A stretch of DNA of 63,148 nucleotides, the filler included, from Pelomyxa schiedti (taxonomy: Eukaryota; Protista; Evosea), in NCBI GenBank assembly GCA_020536535.1. It is 14 parts of 14 records of this genome, joined end to end, with 100 filler letters (N's around TTAATTAATTAA, not from the genome) between each part and the next. Parts side by side here need not be neighbours in the genome. Positions count along the whole stretch, not along the records: positions 1 to 29,159 come from JAHLWZ010000533.1; 13 more parts are not named here. One strand, 5' to 3'. Shown here one piece after another: positions 1 through 11,515 of the stretch. The translations under genes and the position numbers were made by a program. The notes below the pieces were generated by a model that saw nothing but the letters and a program-made list of their open reading frames with translations, was not told the DNA's origin and did not search any database. The stretch's first letter is position 1; every line of letters starts with the position of its first letter.

Positions 1-2
1 AC

Positions 3-581
3 GATGATGAGCTTCTAGTGACAGTTACGAGGGCAGAGAACGGGCAGGTGTGGGGCAACACAGGCACGATGCCACCCGAGGTGAGTGCACTCTCCAGGGA
101 CCTCGTGAGGATGCGCGGCCCGTCCTGTGTGTTCTCGTTCGCCAAGTGCGACTCCTTCTCCCTCGCCCTCACCTTTTACGATTCCATGCTGCCACCCACC
201 AACAAGTTCATCGGGCGGTTCAAACAAGACATGTGCACCTTCACCCCTGAGTTGCTCCCTCCTCTCCCTCCACAATGGTGCCACATCAACAGCGACAATG
301 GCACCTCCACAGCAAATGGCACTACTACTACTCCCCACACTACGCCCCCCACCACCGTCGCCACCACATCTGCAGAAGCAGCAGCACCATCGAACACAAC
401 GGTGGTGGGTACCATGTCACGTGATCGTCCCACCAAGGTCTCTGCTCCCACCAAGACTGCAACAGCAACATCGCCAACAGCAATTGGCAGCATTGCACAG
501 GTTCTTGTTGGGATGGTCTCACGTGATCGTGCCACCAGGCTCTCTGCTTCTGGTGCTCTCAATGCATTACACTCAATTTAA
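3..581 (+). CDS. 3' part of a hypothetical protein with a Thr-rich tail (5' end lies outside the window)
   Basis: Frame is open from the window edge (DDELLVTVTRAENG...) to TAA at 579-581. A globular-looking segment is followed by T/P-rich low complexity and a twice-repeated SRDRxT peptide. No family recognised. Confidence 0.5.
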   Translation, partial: DDELLVTVTRAENGQVWGNTGTMPPEVSALSRDLVRMRGPSCVFSFAKCDSFSLALTFYDSMLPPTNKFIGRFKQDMCTFTPELLPPLPPQWCHINSDNGTSTANGTTTTPHTTPPTTVATTSAEAAAPSNTTVVGTMSRDRPTKVSAPTKTATATSPTAIGSIAQVLVGMVSRDRATRLSASGALNALHSI

Positions 582-776
582 ATTGGCTCCAACACCAAAA
601 AGCTTGTTGTGGTGGCTTTTTTGGCCCCCTTAATGTCTCCTGTTGCTCCTCAGTGATCGCACTATTAACATGAGCACGACCTTTGTTTTGGTGTTCTTCA
701 AAACCCTGATTTTTTTTACAAGGGAGCATGTTGGGTGTGTTTGAAACTTTATGGGTGTGGATCAACAGGATAATGT

Positions 777-2507
777 TTAGCCTTGACCTTTCTTGTTGCC
801 GGAACCAGTTGGGTGTGTATCCTTCCACGCATCCCACCGTCGTGCCTTATGATCATTTGTTGTTATTGTTGTTGTTTGGTGTTTTATTATTGTTATTATT
901 ATATTAGAGATATATTTGAGAATACCTTGTTCACGGCGTCAGGATCATCATCTCCGGCATCTTCATCTCTTTCTGTTTCTTCTGTTCGGGTTGTGGTGTC
1001 CCTGAGAGAATTTGTATGTGAATGTCTTGCAGTGGTGTATATAGATGGCATTAGTTTATACTCACGCTTGTCTGACAATGTAATTGCTGTTGTTCTGCAT
1101 GTCCAGTTCAAAAGCTTGCTCCGGAGTCATTGTCGGCAAAGAATATCCGGGCTGTGTGTTCAATTACTTCCACGGAAAGAGTTTTGGTTGCATTCATGAA
1201 TATATATACCTGAAAAACTCTCGATTGCACCTGCAATCGGCTTGCAGAGGCAACGGGGAGGATCGTTATTGGTTGTTGTGGTGGTGGCGGTGGACGAGGA
1301 GGTGCGGTGGGCATTCTTCCGGTTGCCTTCATCTTCTCAATTTGCTCCAACATATCCAGTTCTTGTTGTGTCATCTGCAAGGGCAGGGAGATGAGATGAG
1401 ACGAGTCAGAGGCAATGACACATGGTTATTGTTATTTCGTTCAACATTACTTTGAGTTGCTGGCAACACTGAATGGCGGAGAGTCTGAGATGGCAAAGCA
1501 GTTGCTCTCTGTCAGCTTCCTCAGGGTCCTCATTCCTCTTTCTGGCAAGATCACTTGCAACGACTTGTTGCTGTGTGGGAATTTTAGTTATTAATGTGAG
1601 TAAAAATGGAAGGACAGTGCACTTGCAAAGCTTGTTTGGCCTGTTTTTCTCTGGCGTATTGTGCCAACTTCATTGCCCGCGCTGCAGAAGGGTCGGCAGG
1701 AGACTCTGTCCGGACCGAAAATAAATCCTGTGAGTGGTGAAGTCACGAACTTTATTAGAAGTGGGATTTTTTTTTGAGAGGAACTCACGTCAGGGTGAAC
1801 CAATTTGAGTCGCTCCACGTCCTCCAGGAAGCTCGACATCGAAGCCTTGACACTTTGTGTTAAAAAACACTGCATGAGTAGGTGGGTCAATCGTACGATT
1901 GCTCTCTTCAGCATTGGTATCCTATTTGAAGTGTAACCTCTGCTTATCAAATCGCCCAAGTAAAACGGCACCAAAAGGTACCTGTGTGTGAAACAAAAAC
2001 AACAAGTCAACTCCCATAACGGATATTAATTAATTGACGATATAGACATTTATCCCATCATTGTAACCCTCCCCATCATTTTACAGCGTCAACAACACAC
2101 ACGCATGCACTGTATGTACTGTACAGGATGATGTAATAGGGGGTACTATTATTCTTATTATTATGGGATAAACATCGCCAACAGCAACAGCAACAACAAC
2201 AACAACAACACAACTTGAGGGAGCCAGTGGATATGTCGTCGAGGGTCTCGTTGCGCGAAACGAGGGACGCTGCCGCCACCGCGGCGTGGAGCTGCGCCAT
2301 CCGCCGCGTCACCTCGGCCGTCTCCACCCCGTCCGCCTCGCACTCCACGACCCGGCGGTACCCCCGCTGCAGCTCACTGAACGACCCCCCGTCCCCCAGC
2401 CCACCAGTCGACGACGCACGAGTGGCTACGACGGTCGCCGCTGCTGTTGTTGTTGCTGTGGCAGCCGTGGTGGGTGCGTCGGACGCCCGTGGGGCCTCGT
2501 CTGCCAT
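777..2507 (-). CDS. IGBP1: TAP42/alpha4/IGBP1 PP2A-family regulatory subunit (multi-exon)
   Basis: Spliced exons give LVSRNETLDDISTGSLK|YLLVPFYLG, then QSRVFQ..PGYSLPTMT, and the C-terminus KARRWDAWKDTHPTGSGNKKGQG* (TAA at 777-779). These are hallmark TAP42 motifs. Confidence 0.93.
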
Positions 2508-2561
2508 TTAGGTTACTGTAAATCAGTTTCAACTCAAAACATTTTTCGGATTGTGGTGGGG

Positions 2562-4631
2562 ATGATGCAACGACCACCGCTACTGCCGATGCCCCCGCAC
2601 GGCGACAGGTTTTTGCTTCCCCTGCCCCCCTCTGCTGTGTCCCCCGCGCCCGCCCCCTCGCACAACACCGGCGGCAGGCGGGGCGGGTCCCACCCTCGCC
2701 AGGGCGCCCCAGCCGCTCCCCCGCCCGGCAGCGGCGGCGGCGCTGCGCCCGTTGTCGACGACCCCGCGTTGGCCGACTCGTTCCGCGACTCGGTCCTGCC
2801 CCTGCTCACCGCACTCGTCAACGCCAATTCATCTTATTCCTCGGCCTCGGCCATCCCGCCTCCTCCTTCGCCCATTCCCCACTGCTGCTACGAGCCGGTG
2901 CCCCTGTTCGACCCGGGCCGCATGTCCACGGGCGCCATGCTCCGCTGGCTCCACGAGTTCCGCTGCCGCGCCGCCCTCCGCGGCCTCGCCGACCCCCAGG
3001 CCCTCGACTGGCTCCGCTCCTGCCTCGCCGGCCCCGCGCTCCCCTGGGCCTGCTCCTCGCTCCTTCCCCCGCCCCCGCCGTCCTCCTCGTCCTCCGCCTC
3101 TTCCCCCTCCTCCGCCTCCCCGCCGCCTCCTCCTCCTGCGACCCTCGCCGACGCCGAGGCCTCGCTGCTCGCCGAGTTCGTGGGCCCTGGGCAGCTGGCC
3201 AAGTACACGCGGCACCTGCGCTCCAAGTGCGTGGCGCCGGGGCAGTCGTGCTGGAGGTTCGTCGTGGGGATGGCGCACAAGTGGCGCAGCGCGAGCCGCG
3301 ACGCCCCGGAGTCGGCCGTCGTGGACAACATTGTGGGATGCCTGCCGGTCGACCTGCGCTCCAGAATCCGCAAGAACCCGACGACGATCGGCGAGCTCAA
3401 GAATCTGGCTGGTGAGTGGGACATGGCTCAGGAAAAACGGGACGAAGAGGAGTCAATTGACATGGCGAGGGCGATGATGTCACATTCAGTACCATTCTTG
3501 GTAGACTCGTCGTCATCGGAATCGGAATCAGAATCAGAGGATGAGGTTCGGGCCAAGTGCTGTAGAAAGAGGACGCGGCCGAATTCTATCTCAAGCAAAC
3601 ACAACAAAAGATCACGTGCGGTAGCCGATTCAAATCAATCCACAGGTTCACCAATTCCACAACAAAATCAAACGCAACTCCTGCCACATGCACAGCAACA
3701 GATACAACTCGTGCCCCAACAAATACAACAACAACCGGAACAACATAAAGATATTCCCCAACAACATGAAGAACTTCATCAAAAACAGAATACCAAACAA
3801 ATTCAAGAGCAAGCTCAAGAAAAATCAAATCAACAACAAATTCAAGAGCAAGCTCAACAAAAATGTCAGGTGCAAGAAAAGTCCACTCAACAACAACAAC
3901 AACATAGTGAACAACAGCAAGAACAAATGCAAGTAAACGAGCCCCCAAAAGAAAAGCACACAGAGGAGAAACCACAGGATCAAAATCTCCAACCAGTTAA
4001 TAACCAACCGCAACAACAGCGCAACAGTGAACAGCAACCGGCAATCCAACAACAACAAAAGCAAAGCGCCAGGCCCACTGGCCACCAGCGGCAAATCCAA
4101 ATCCACCAACAACAGCACCAACAACAAAATTCCAAACCGCGGCAGCAGCGGAATGAACATAGGCTCTATAACCGGCGGCAATATGTTGTTGCCCCGCCGA
4201 TAACCTTGCATCACCCCCAGGCACTCCCTGGGGAGTACATCCCTCCGCCTCCACTCTCAAACGCAAACACTCAACTCTTCTCATCCTCTCTGTGTTCCGC
4301 TCTTCCTTCACCTCCTTCCACCACCTCGTTCTCTTCTTTCTATTCCTCTTCTCTCCCTCCTCTTTACTCTTCTACTACCTCCCCTCTGGTCTTTGCACAA
4401 TCATCCAGATATAATGTTCCCACTTCACACATAGCGCACCCGACCCACCCTAATAATAACTCAGCGATAGCAGTGAAAAACAACAGTAGTTGCAGCCACT
4501 GTGGTCGGATTGGGCACACACTTGGTGATTGTAGGTTGCCATGCCCACAATGCCAATCATTGCCACCAAAACACCACACCAACTGCCCAGCAATGTGGCT
4601 CAAGGACCACCACCCCCAACAGGACTTGTGA
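2562..4631 (+). CDS. Intronless Ty3/gypsy Gag-like protein (capsid-like region, Q-rich linker, CCHC zinc knuckle), no pol
   Basis: ATG at 2562, 689 codons. Retrotransposon Gag-type pattern VPLFDPG..WLHEF...CLAGPALPW...TLADAEASLLAEF...PGQSCWRFV...IVGCLPVDLRSRI..PTTIGELKNLAGEWD. C-terminal CSHCGRIGHTLGDC (CX2CX4HX4C) plus CPQC...HHTNC. Confidence 0.75.
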   Translation: MMQRPPLLPMPPHGDRFLLPLPPSAVSPAPAPSHNTGGRRGGSHPRQGAPAAPPPGSGGGAAPVVDDPALADSFRDSVLPLLTALVNANSSYSSASAIPPPPSPIPHCCYEPVPLFDPGRMSTGAMLRWLHEFRCRAALRGLADPQALDWLRSCLAGPALPWACSSLLPPPPPSSSSSASSPSSASPPPPPPATLADAEASLLAEFVGPGQLAKYTRHLRSKCVAPGQSCWRFVVGMAHKWRSASRDAPESAVVDNIVGCLPVDLRSRIRKNPTTIGELKNLAGEWDMAQEKRDEEESIDMARAMMSHSVPFLVDSSSSESESESEDEVRAKCCRKRTRPNSISSKHNKRSRAVADSNQSTGSPIPQQNQTQLLPHAQQQIQLVPQQIQQQPEQHKDIPQQHEELHQKQNTKQIQEQAQEKSNQQQIQEQAQQKCQVQEKSTQQQQQHSEQQQEQMQVNEPPKEKHTEEKPQDQNLQPVNNQPQQQRNSEQQPAIQQQQKQSARPTGHQRQIQIHQQQHQQQNSKPRQQRNEHRLYNRRQYVVAPPITLHHPQALPGEYIPPPPLSNANTQLFSSSLCSALPSPPSTTSFSSFYSSSLPPLYSSTTSPLVFAQSSRYNVPTSHIAHPTHPNNNSAIAVKNNSSCSHCGRIGHTLGDCRLPCPQCQSLPPKHHTNCPAMWLKDHHPQQDL

Positions 4632-4813
4632 GCTACAAATAATACACCAACACAACTTCTGTTACCAAACCTTGTTAAAGCTTTAACATAGTAAATAGCA
4701 AAAGCAACTGGCCACCGCGTCGAGTTTCTTTGTTTCTTTTTGTAGAGTCTTCCCACAAGCCTGACAAGTGGGAAAACTTGGCTTAGAAACCCAGTCAAGT
4801 CACAGGAATTCCC

Positions 4814-6984
4814 ATGGAAGCACCCTTTTCCGCAATATACTCGCCCTGGACCAGTGAACTTCCTTGTCTGGTGCAGGGTCCCTTATTCGACGGAGAAGCG
4901 GCTTCAGGGTTTTTGAATCTCCTTCTCCGAAGAGCAAAGAGTGTTCGTTCCCATAACCGAACTTGATGAAATCAGCGGCGCCGGCACCACCGTCGCTGCC
5001 TCGCCTGGGTCTGTGTGCCCCACTCACCCGCCACCGCCACCACCCACAATACTACTACCTTACCGTTCTCTTTTCTCTTGTTTTTGTTGACGAATGATTA
5101 CATGAGCAGGCGTTGGTGCGTTGGTCGTGGACCCCGCCAACGAGAATTACCCTGCGCCGCTTCTGTTCCGCCTTATTTCGTTTTTGTATGACCGGGCCTG
5201 CTCCGTGCCGTTGCCATTCTCGTTGATGGGAAACACGTATGCCCCTACCCTCAGCGTTGTTTGTTTATCTTATTATTATCTTGTATATCCACGAAACACA
5301 ACAACAACAGCAACAACACACTGAAAGGTTTTTTCACACAGGGAGCCAGACAAGGAACGCGAAATCCTTGCTGTTTTGGATATATTTAAAGGCGTGAATG
5401 AGTGATTTTACACAGTTGGGTTTTTTTTTCCCTAACTCATATAAGATACCTCCACTGATGTATCATCACAAAACGTTGCTGTTGTGGCTGAAGCCACTCG
5501 GCGCTATTTGCAAACTTTGACCGAGCCGTTGTTCACCTTTGCTTATTATGNNNNNNNNNNNNNNNNNNNNNNNNNNNNNNNNNNNNNNNNNNNNNNNNNN
5601 NNNNNNNNNNNNNNNNNNNNNNNNNNNNNNNNNNNNNNNNNNNNNNNNNNCCCTAACTCATATAAGATACCTCCACTGATGTATCATCACAAAACGTTGC
5701 TGTTGTGGCTGAAGCCACTCGGCGCTATTTGCAAACTTTGACCGAGCCGTTGTTCACCTTTGCTTATTATGATTCCTTCATGCTCACTGAAGGTAATTTC
5801 CAGAACTTCGCGTTCGCAATACCTATTTCCACTCTTCAGGACTCAGTGAAATAAGTGACAAAATAATTGTTTATCAAACGTTGCTGAGTTATCTCCCCAG
5901 AGGTTACAGAACAACAGCGAAGCATGTTATGCTCATGCTGTCCAGGGTCGCTGCAAAGTAAGCAATCTTCTCTCCGCATTTCCATTTTGTAATTCAACTC
6001 TGGGTTTCAGTCAACCTGTGACCCAGACAGACTCCAGAATGCTTGCCAACCTTTTTGGAAATGTGTTCTTGCATCCCTCTGAAAAACTATTTTACATGGC
6101 CGATGACACCCCCATCGTTGTGAATGTAATATCATCACTCATTGACAATGCCGATGCCATTTGGAAGGTACCCTCTCAAATTTCCCGTACATTTCTAACT
6201 ATTTATCTTCACAACACCAGGCCCAAGTCTCCCGGCACAGACTCGTATCTCGCCAGCGGCCCTCCGCAACACAACCAAAGAACGTGACACAATCGCCGCG
6301 TTCATCCCTCACACTGAGCTCATCACCCCCATCCTCCTCCAGCGCAATCTCGTCCTGTGACAGCCCACTCGGCACCCCCAAGAAAGAATCCATGCAGATA
6401 TCCATGCAGCGAGCGCGAGCCCCAACAACCGCAGTCCCAGCAAGCACAGGCACAACACAGCCAATCCCGGTCCCCGCNNNNNNNNNNNNNNNNNNNNNNN
6501 NNNNNNNNNNNNNNNNNNNNNNNNNNNNNNNNNNNNNNNNNNNNNNNNNNNNNNNNNNNNNNNNNNNNNNNNNNNNNGTGACAGCCCACTCGGCACCCCC
6601 AAGAAAGAATCCATGCAGATATCCATGCAGCGAGCGCGAGCCCCAACAACCGCAGTCCCAGCAAGCACAGGCACAACACAGCCAATCCCGGTCCCCGCGT
6701 CCCAAAAGTCCCTTCTGACCACAACAGACAGCACAATGTCGCCATCGTTTCTGGCCACCCCGCCAACAGGCACACCAACAGCCCCCACCCCCACAATGAT
6801 GATGATGGTCCAAGGTGGCACCGCATGTCAAATCGTGCTCACTGCACCCCCATCATCAGATACCCCATCATCATCACCATCATCATCATCAGCAGTACCA
6901 GCACCAAACACAAAGGGTTCTTCAAATCAACCGGCAGCACTCACGCTCTCACCATGCACAAATGACCCTCTTGGTCTCAGCTGA
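4814..6984 (+). CDS. RhoGAP-domain protein with S/T/P-rich tail (multi-exon; start uncertain)
   Basis: Exons give PAPLLFRLISFLYDRA, NVAVVAEATRRYLQTLTEPLFTFAYYDSF, LLSYLPRGYRTT and MLANLFGNVFL..VISSLIDNADAIW. Two N gaps inside the gene have duplicated flanks. Confidence 0.8.
5551..5650. other. 100-N scaffold gap with duplicated flanking sequence (unmerged overlap)
   Basis: Same pattern at 6478-6577, 26976-27075 and 30548-30647. Further gaps at 13618-13717 and 40251-40350 lie within repeats. Confidence 0.9.
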
Positions 6985-7189
6985 ATACGATAAGGTAAAG
7001 TCATGTACAACCAACAACCAAATGTAACCTGAAAAAAAAAATGAAGTTTGTTTTATTGTGGCTTTAGCAAGTAACAAGTTTGGGTGGTGTGGGTCACGAC
7101 AATACTGTAGAATTGAGGGTTGGACAATCGCCCTGTAGTACAGGGGATGCTCCACCTGTATCCACATGTATTGTGTCTTTATTTGGTGT

Positions 7190-8370
7190 TTACTCAGATT
7201 CAATGAGGCTGAGGTAACGCTCGCCTGTGTCCGGCAGAACCACAACCACATTCAGCGGTGCCGTGGGTGAAGCGGGGCTTGTTGTTGTTGCGGAAGTGGT
7301 GGTGGAGTGGGATGACGCAGCAGCCTGTTTGGCCCATGTGACCGCCGCGTGAAGTGCCGCACCCGCAGAAACGCCGACGTGGAGGCCTTCCTGTGTTCCA
7401 CAGATGGTCATTTTCTGGAGTGCGTCTTCATAGGACACGCGGTAAACTTCGTTGTAAACGGTCCTGTCAAGAACCTCAGGGATAAAGCCAGCTCCTATTC
7501 CCTAAAATCGGTGTTATTTAGAGATTGTTGAGACTGCAATGATGATGGTGGGTTTGCACCTGTATTTTGTGGGGTCCAGGAGACCCTCCGCTCAACACTG
7601 GAGATGCATCAGGCTCCACAGCAATGATGGCAACAGAGTCACCTTGGAGTGGCAATTAAAAGAAGGAAAATGCAGAGAGTGATTTTACCATATGCCTTGC
7701 GTAAAGCATGACCCACACCGGTTATGGTGCCGCCAGTGCCCACTCCTGAAACAAAGCAATCAACATGGAGTCCCTGCTTCTCGAAAGTCTGGATAATCTC
7801 GGGCCCGGTGGTCTGCTCGTGAATACGAGGATTTGCAGGGTTTGTGAACTGGCTGGCGTAAAAGTATTCTTTTTTCATACAAATGTGAAAAAAGGAATGC
7901 GAGAAGAGAAACAGATACCAGGGTGATCTGTGTGAATTTCTTGTGCCTTCTTCACAGCCGCAGCAGTGCTCCCGTCAACCAGGATGAGCTCGGCACCATA
8001 TGCCTTGGAAACCAGTTAGTTTTTCTCAAGGCCGAAGAGACGCGTTTACCTTCAATAATTTCCTTCTCTCCACAGACACGGATCTTGGCATGACGAGAGT
8101 CACGTGATATCCGCGCCTCGCGCCGACGAGTGCCAGGCCAATGCCGGTGTTGCCCGACGTCGCCTCGAGAATTGTACCGCCAGGTAAAAGTGCGCCGCGC
8201 TCCTCAGCGTCGTTTATCATCGACAGTGCTACGCGGTCCTTCACGCTGCCTCCTACGTTGAACTTCTCCACCTTTGCCCATATCCGCACCGGCACACTCC
8301 CCTCGCCAACAGCTTGCAGTGAGATCTTCTTTAATTCCACCAATGGTGTGTTTCCAATTAATCCGTCCAT
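7190..8370 (-). CDS. cysK: Cysteine synthase (O-acetylserine sulfhydrylase, CysK-type), multi-exon
   Basis: IGNTPLV, PLP-lysine motif [51 protein letters not shown]|[14 protein letters not shown]. Confidence 0.96.
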
Positions 8371-8725
8371 TACAACTCAACGCAGGGGAAGTAAGGTGTC
8401 ACTCTTTGACAGCTGTCTTGAAGCTCAGCTCTTTATTTTTTAATTTTAATTTTTTGCCGTCTTGTGCTCATCACACTTTGTTTTCTGTGGTTTGATCTTT
8501 CGTGGCAAAAAACGCGAAGAGCGAAGCCGAATGTGCGTGCGAAGTCTCGGCAGGGGCCAGATCTTGTCGCTGTTTTGGCGTAGTTGTGCATGTGTTTTGT
8601 TGAATAAACTGCACTTGTTCTCGTTTGTGGTAACAAAGGTAATGTAGATCCTTGATTATTCACATTCACATTAACAACTACAATATACTTGCAAGTCGAA
8701 GTAGCGGTGGTACTGACGTAATTCA

Positions 8726-11179
8726 CTAGATGGCGACACCGAACTGATCTGCGATCCCTTTCGCGCCTGTTTCTGCCCGCGGATCCTGTTGTTGTGAGAG
8801 ATCTTGCAACTTGACGGTGACACGGAACGGCACTGGGGTTTCCTCGATGTCAATTACATTTCCGTTCTGCATTGCCGCGGCCATGTCCTCCCCTCCAAAG
8901 CCAGGCACTGGAGTAGCAATTACGGCACCATCAACGCTGCTGGCATTCTTACTATAAGCAGTGCCGGCTTGGGTACTTGTTGAGAATGACGAGCACGACG
9001 TGAGGAGTGATGAGGCTGGTGGCTCGTTCCCGTTGGAAATCCCTTGGCATTGCACACCTGTTGGAGGAACAGTTTGAGAGCTGAGCGGTGCTCCTCCAGG
9101 TTGTGTTGAACTGAAGACCAGCCCTCTCTCTTCGGCAGATGAAGTTGGGCCAATAGCGGCAGGGTTTGGGCTGCAATTTGGGATGTTTGGCATCAACTGC
9201 TGTTGTTGTTGGCTTGCCGTGGGGGTGATTTGGGAAGTATCGGCGTAGTACTCAGAGTACTGGAAAGGGAGCATCTGAGCATAATCTCCGCCAGTGAATC
9301 CAGGATAGCTCATAATGCCGGAGTTGAAGTCAACCTGGCTTTGTGGGAAAGTTGAACCATTCTCTGATGTCATTGCAGCTGCATTTGATAACACCTCGAG
9401 GAGAACAGGAGCACCACTGGTTTGTCCTTCAATGCAATTTTCAGTGGAGCTAATTCCAGGAACTCCAACAGGAGGGGCCGCTCCACCGACTGGTGAGCTT
9501 CCGGGCAGTACTATTCCAGCCATTGTGGCCACTGTTGGAGGAATGGCATGTGGGGAAAAAGACTGCAGAATAAAACCCCTCAAGTAGTCCAGCTGGTCAT
9601 GAAGCAACTTGTTCTCACAAGAAACAAGATTAAGTTGGGTGACCAAACTGCTGCTTGCAACCTCTCCTTGGGCCACTTTCGCCTCAAGGGTCTTGATGAA
9701 AGTCTGGTCTAAGGTTAGTAGTGTGCAAACATTTCATTGAACTGTTTCACCTTTTGCCTCAGGCGAAATTTTTGAGCCGCCTCTCTGTTTTTCTTTCTTC
9801 GTCTGGCTGCCTTATCTTCTGGTGTGGATTCTATCATAGTGGTTGATAACACCCAAAGAAAACAATGTGTGCGAACCTTTTGAACCTCTTTTCCCTTTTT
9901 TTGATTTTGACTTGACAGGCTGCAATTTTTGGGTACTTATGTAAGATTATCAAAATAAGGAAAACAGGTTACCTTTTCTGCTGAGTCTATTGCAGCCGGT
10001 GGACCAGCAATCAATCTATTTCTTTTATTCAGAGAACATTTGAATGTGTACAGCCAAGCTTACCCATCAAAAAGAGCAGCAGATGATCCGAGTACATTGG
10101 AATCAACTGGATCAAGAACACCGCGAGTGATACTGTCTTCTGTTTTGAACAACATGTAAGTAAGCGTTTTTCTTGGTGGTTGGATAGTGACCGACCTGTG
10201 TTATAGGGGCAAAAGCTCACAGGAGCCAATCCCGTTATTGCGCTCGCACTGTGGGCATTCCTGCTGAGACCGCGGGATAAAACCACGCCACCACTGGGAT
10301 CACTGACACTATAGTTGCTGCCTACAATGGGAATTCTAGATGGCGGCCTCTGCGCGAACAATGAAGAAGGAACAGGCACAGTAGTGGGGGAGCTTGCAAC
10401 TGTTGTTGTTGCACTGGTGACACTTTCCGTGAGGTATTGATGACTCTGCACTTTCCCAATCTGATCTTCTTCCTTCCCAGGTATTGCCATGCTGGATATG
10501 GCAGAACTCAGCTGAACCGGTGATATTGGATGCGGCACTCTGTCACTGGGGAACTGCAATCTCGGTCTTGTTGGGCTGGGCTGTGTGGCTTCATCACTGT
10601 CGATAACCTCAACAACTTGCATGCCGGATTTATCAATTGGCTGCTGCATTTGGGCTCCCTCCTGGGCAATCACATGATTCCGGTGCTTTCTGTGCTGACC
10701 GTGAGTCGATTTGTGGTGATGCTGGCTGCCAGGCTGGGAGGGAACAGAGCTGTCAGGTACGGCTTCCTTCTCGAGGTTTATGATCTGACTTATTGAAGAT
10801 AAGGATGGAAGCACCGCCTGGGCCGCCGCTGCCGCTGGTACATTGTTACCTCTATGAACAACAACACCACCGGGTGGGGACTGTGTGACTTCCGGACTTG
10901 GTGTGCTTGTGTTTATCAAAGGGGGCAGTGTGGGCGTTGAGGATGCTGATGACGCGTCCTTTCCACCACATTCACTCCCTTGATGATCGACTTTGCAGGT
11001 GCCTTCTTCTCCCCTGCCCTGCCGTTAGCTAATTGATAATTCACAGTCACACAACAGGCCCCGGTTCCTACCAACCTTGGGTTCTCGGCCGCTTTGCCAT
11101 TGTCGTCGTCGACGCGCTTCGCGTTCGCGTATTTGTTTCGTTTCAACCGCGACAGTGTTACTACTGCCTCACTCATCAT
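8726..11179 (-). CDS. bZIP transcription factor with long low-complexity regions (multi-exon)
   Basis: Exon at 9751-9832 encodes the basic region KAARRRKKNREAAQKFRLRQK, spliced to TFIKTLEAKV...LVTQLNLVSCENKLLHDQLDYL (heptad leucines). Upstream ORFs 10029-10919 and 10916-11386 can be joined by a GT-AG intron with a CTAAC branch point. Start codon is tentative. Confidence 0.82.
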
Positions 11180-11515
11180 CTTCCTTTTCTTTGCCTCTTC
11201 TTCGCTGACCAGTAAGCCTTTCCCCAATTTTTTTCCAGATCTGGTATCTGGTCGATGGTGATTGAGACGACGAAAACTGTTCGGTGTGGGTGCTGTCGTC
11301 GGTGACAAGGGCGTAGCCAAGCCGTTGCCCTTTTTTGGCGTAATAAGAGCTCGTGGGTCGAATCTAAAACAACTGAAAGCATACATACACTATCAATTTA
11401 ACTTCACTGTCCTACAGTCTAAAGATGGCAGGGACCATATCTTATGTCGTGGCACTGCATCAACTTGCAGGCAACTGATTGTTTTTTCCTGGACAGATCA
11501 ACAAGGTGTTTTTTG

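Noticed and set aside
4620-4770. Splice fusion of Gag to the downstream RhoGAP
   Set aside because: The obvious GTGAG donor at the Gag stop joined to the AG at 4745 hits TGA within six codons.
4694-5027. Minus-strand ORF with in-frame TGA (selenocysteine or readthrough)
   Set aside because: No homology or SECIS recognised; the region is better explained by + strand RhoGAP 5' exons.
5430-6700. Apparent direct repeats in RhoGAP (also at 26856-27195 and 30428-30767)
   Set aside because: Exact ~120-nt duplicates flanking 100-N gaps are unmerged contig overlaps.
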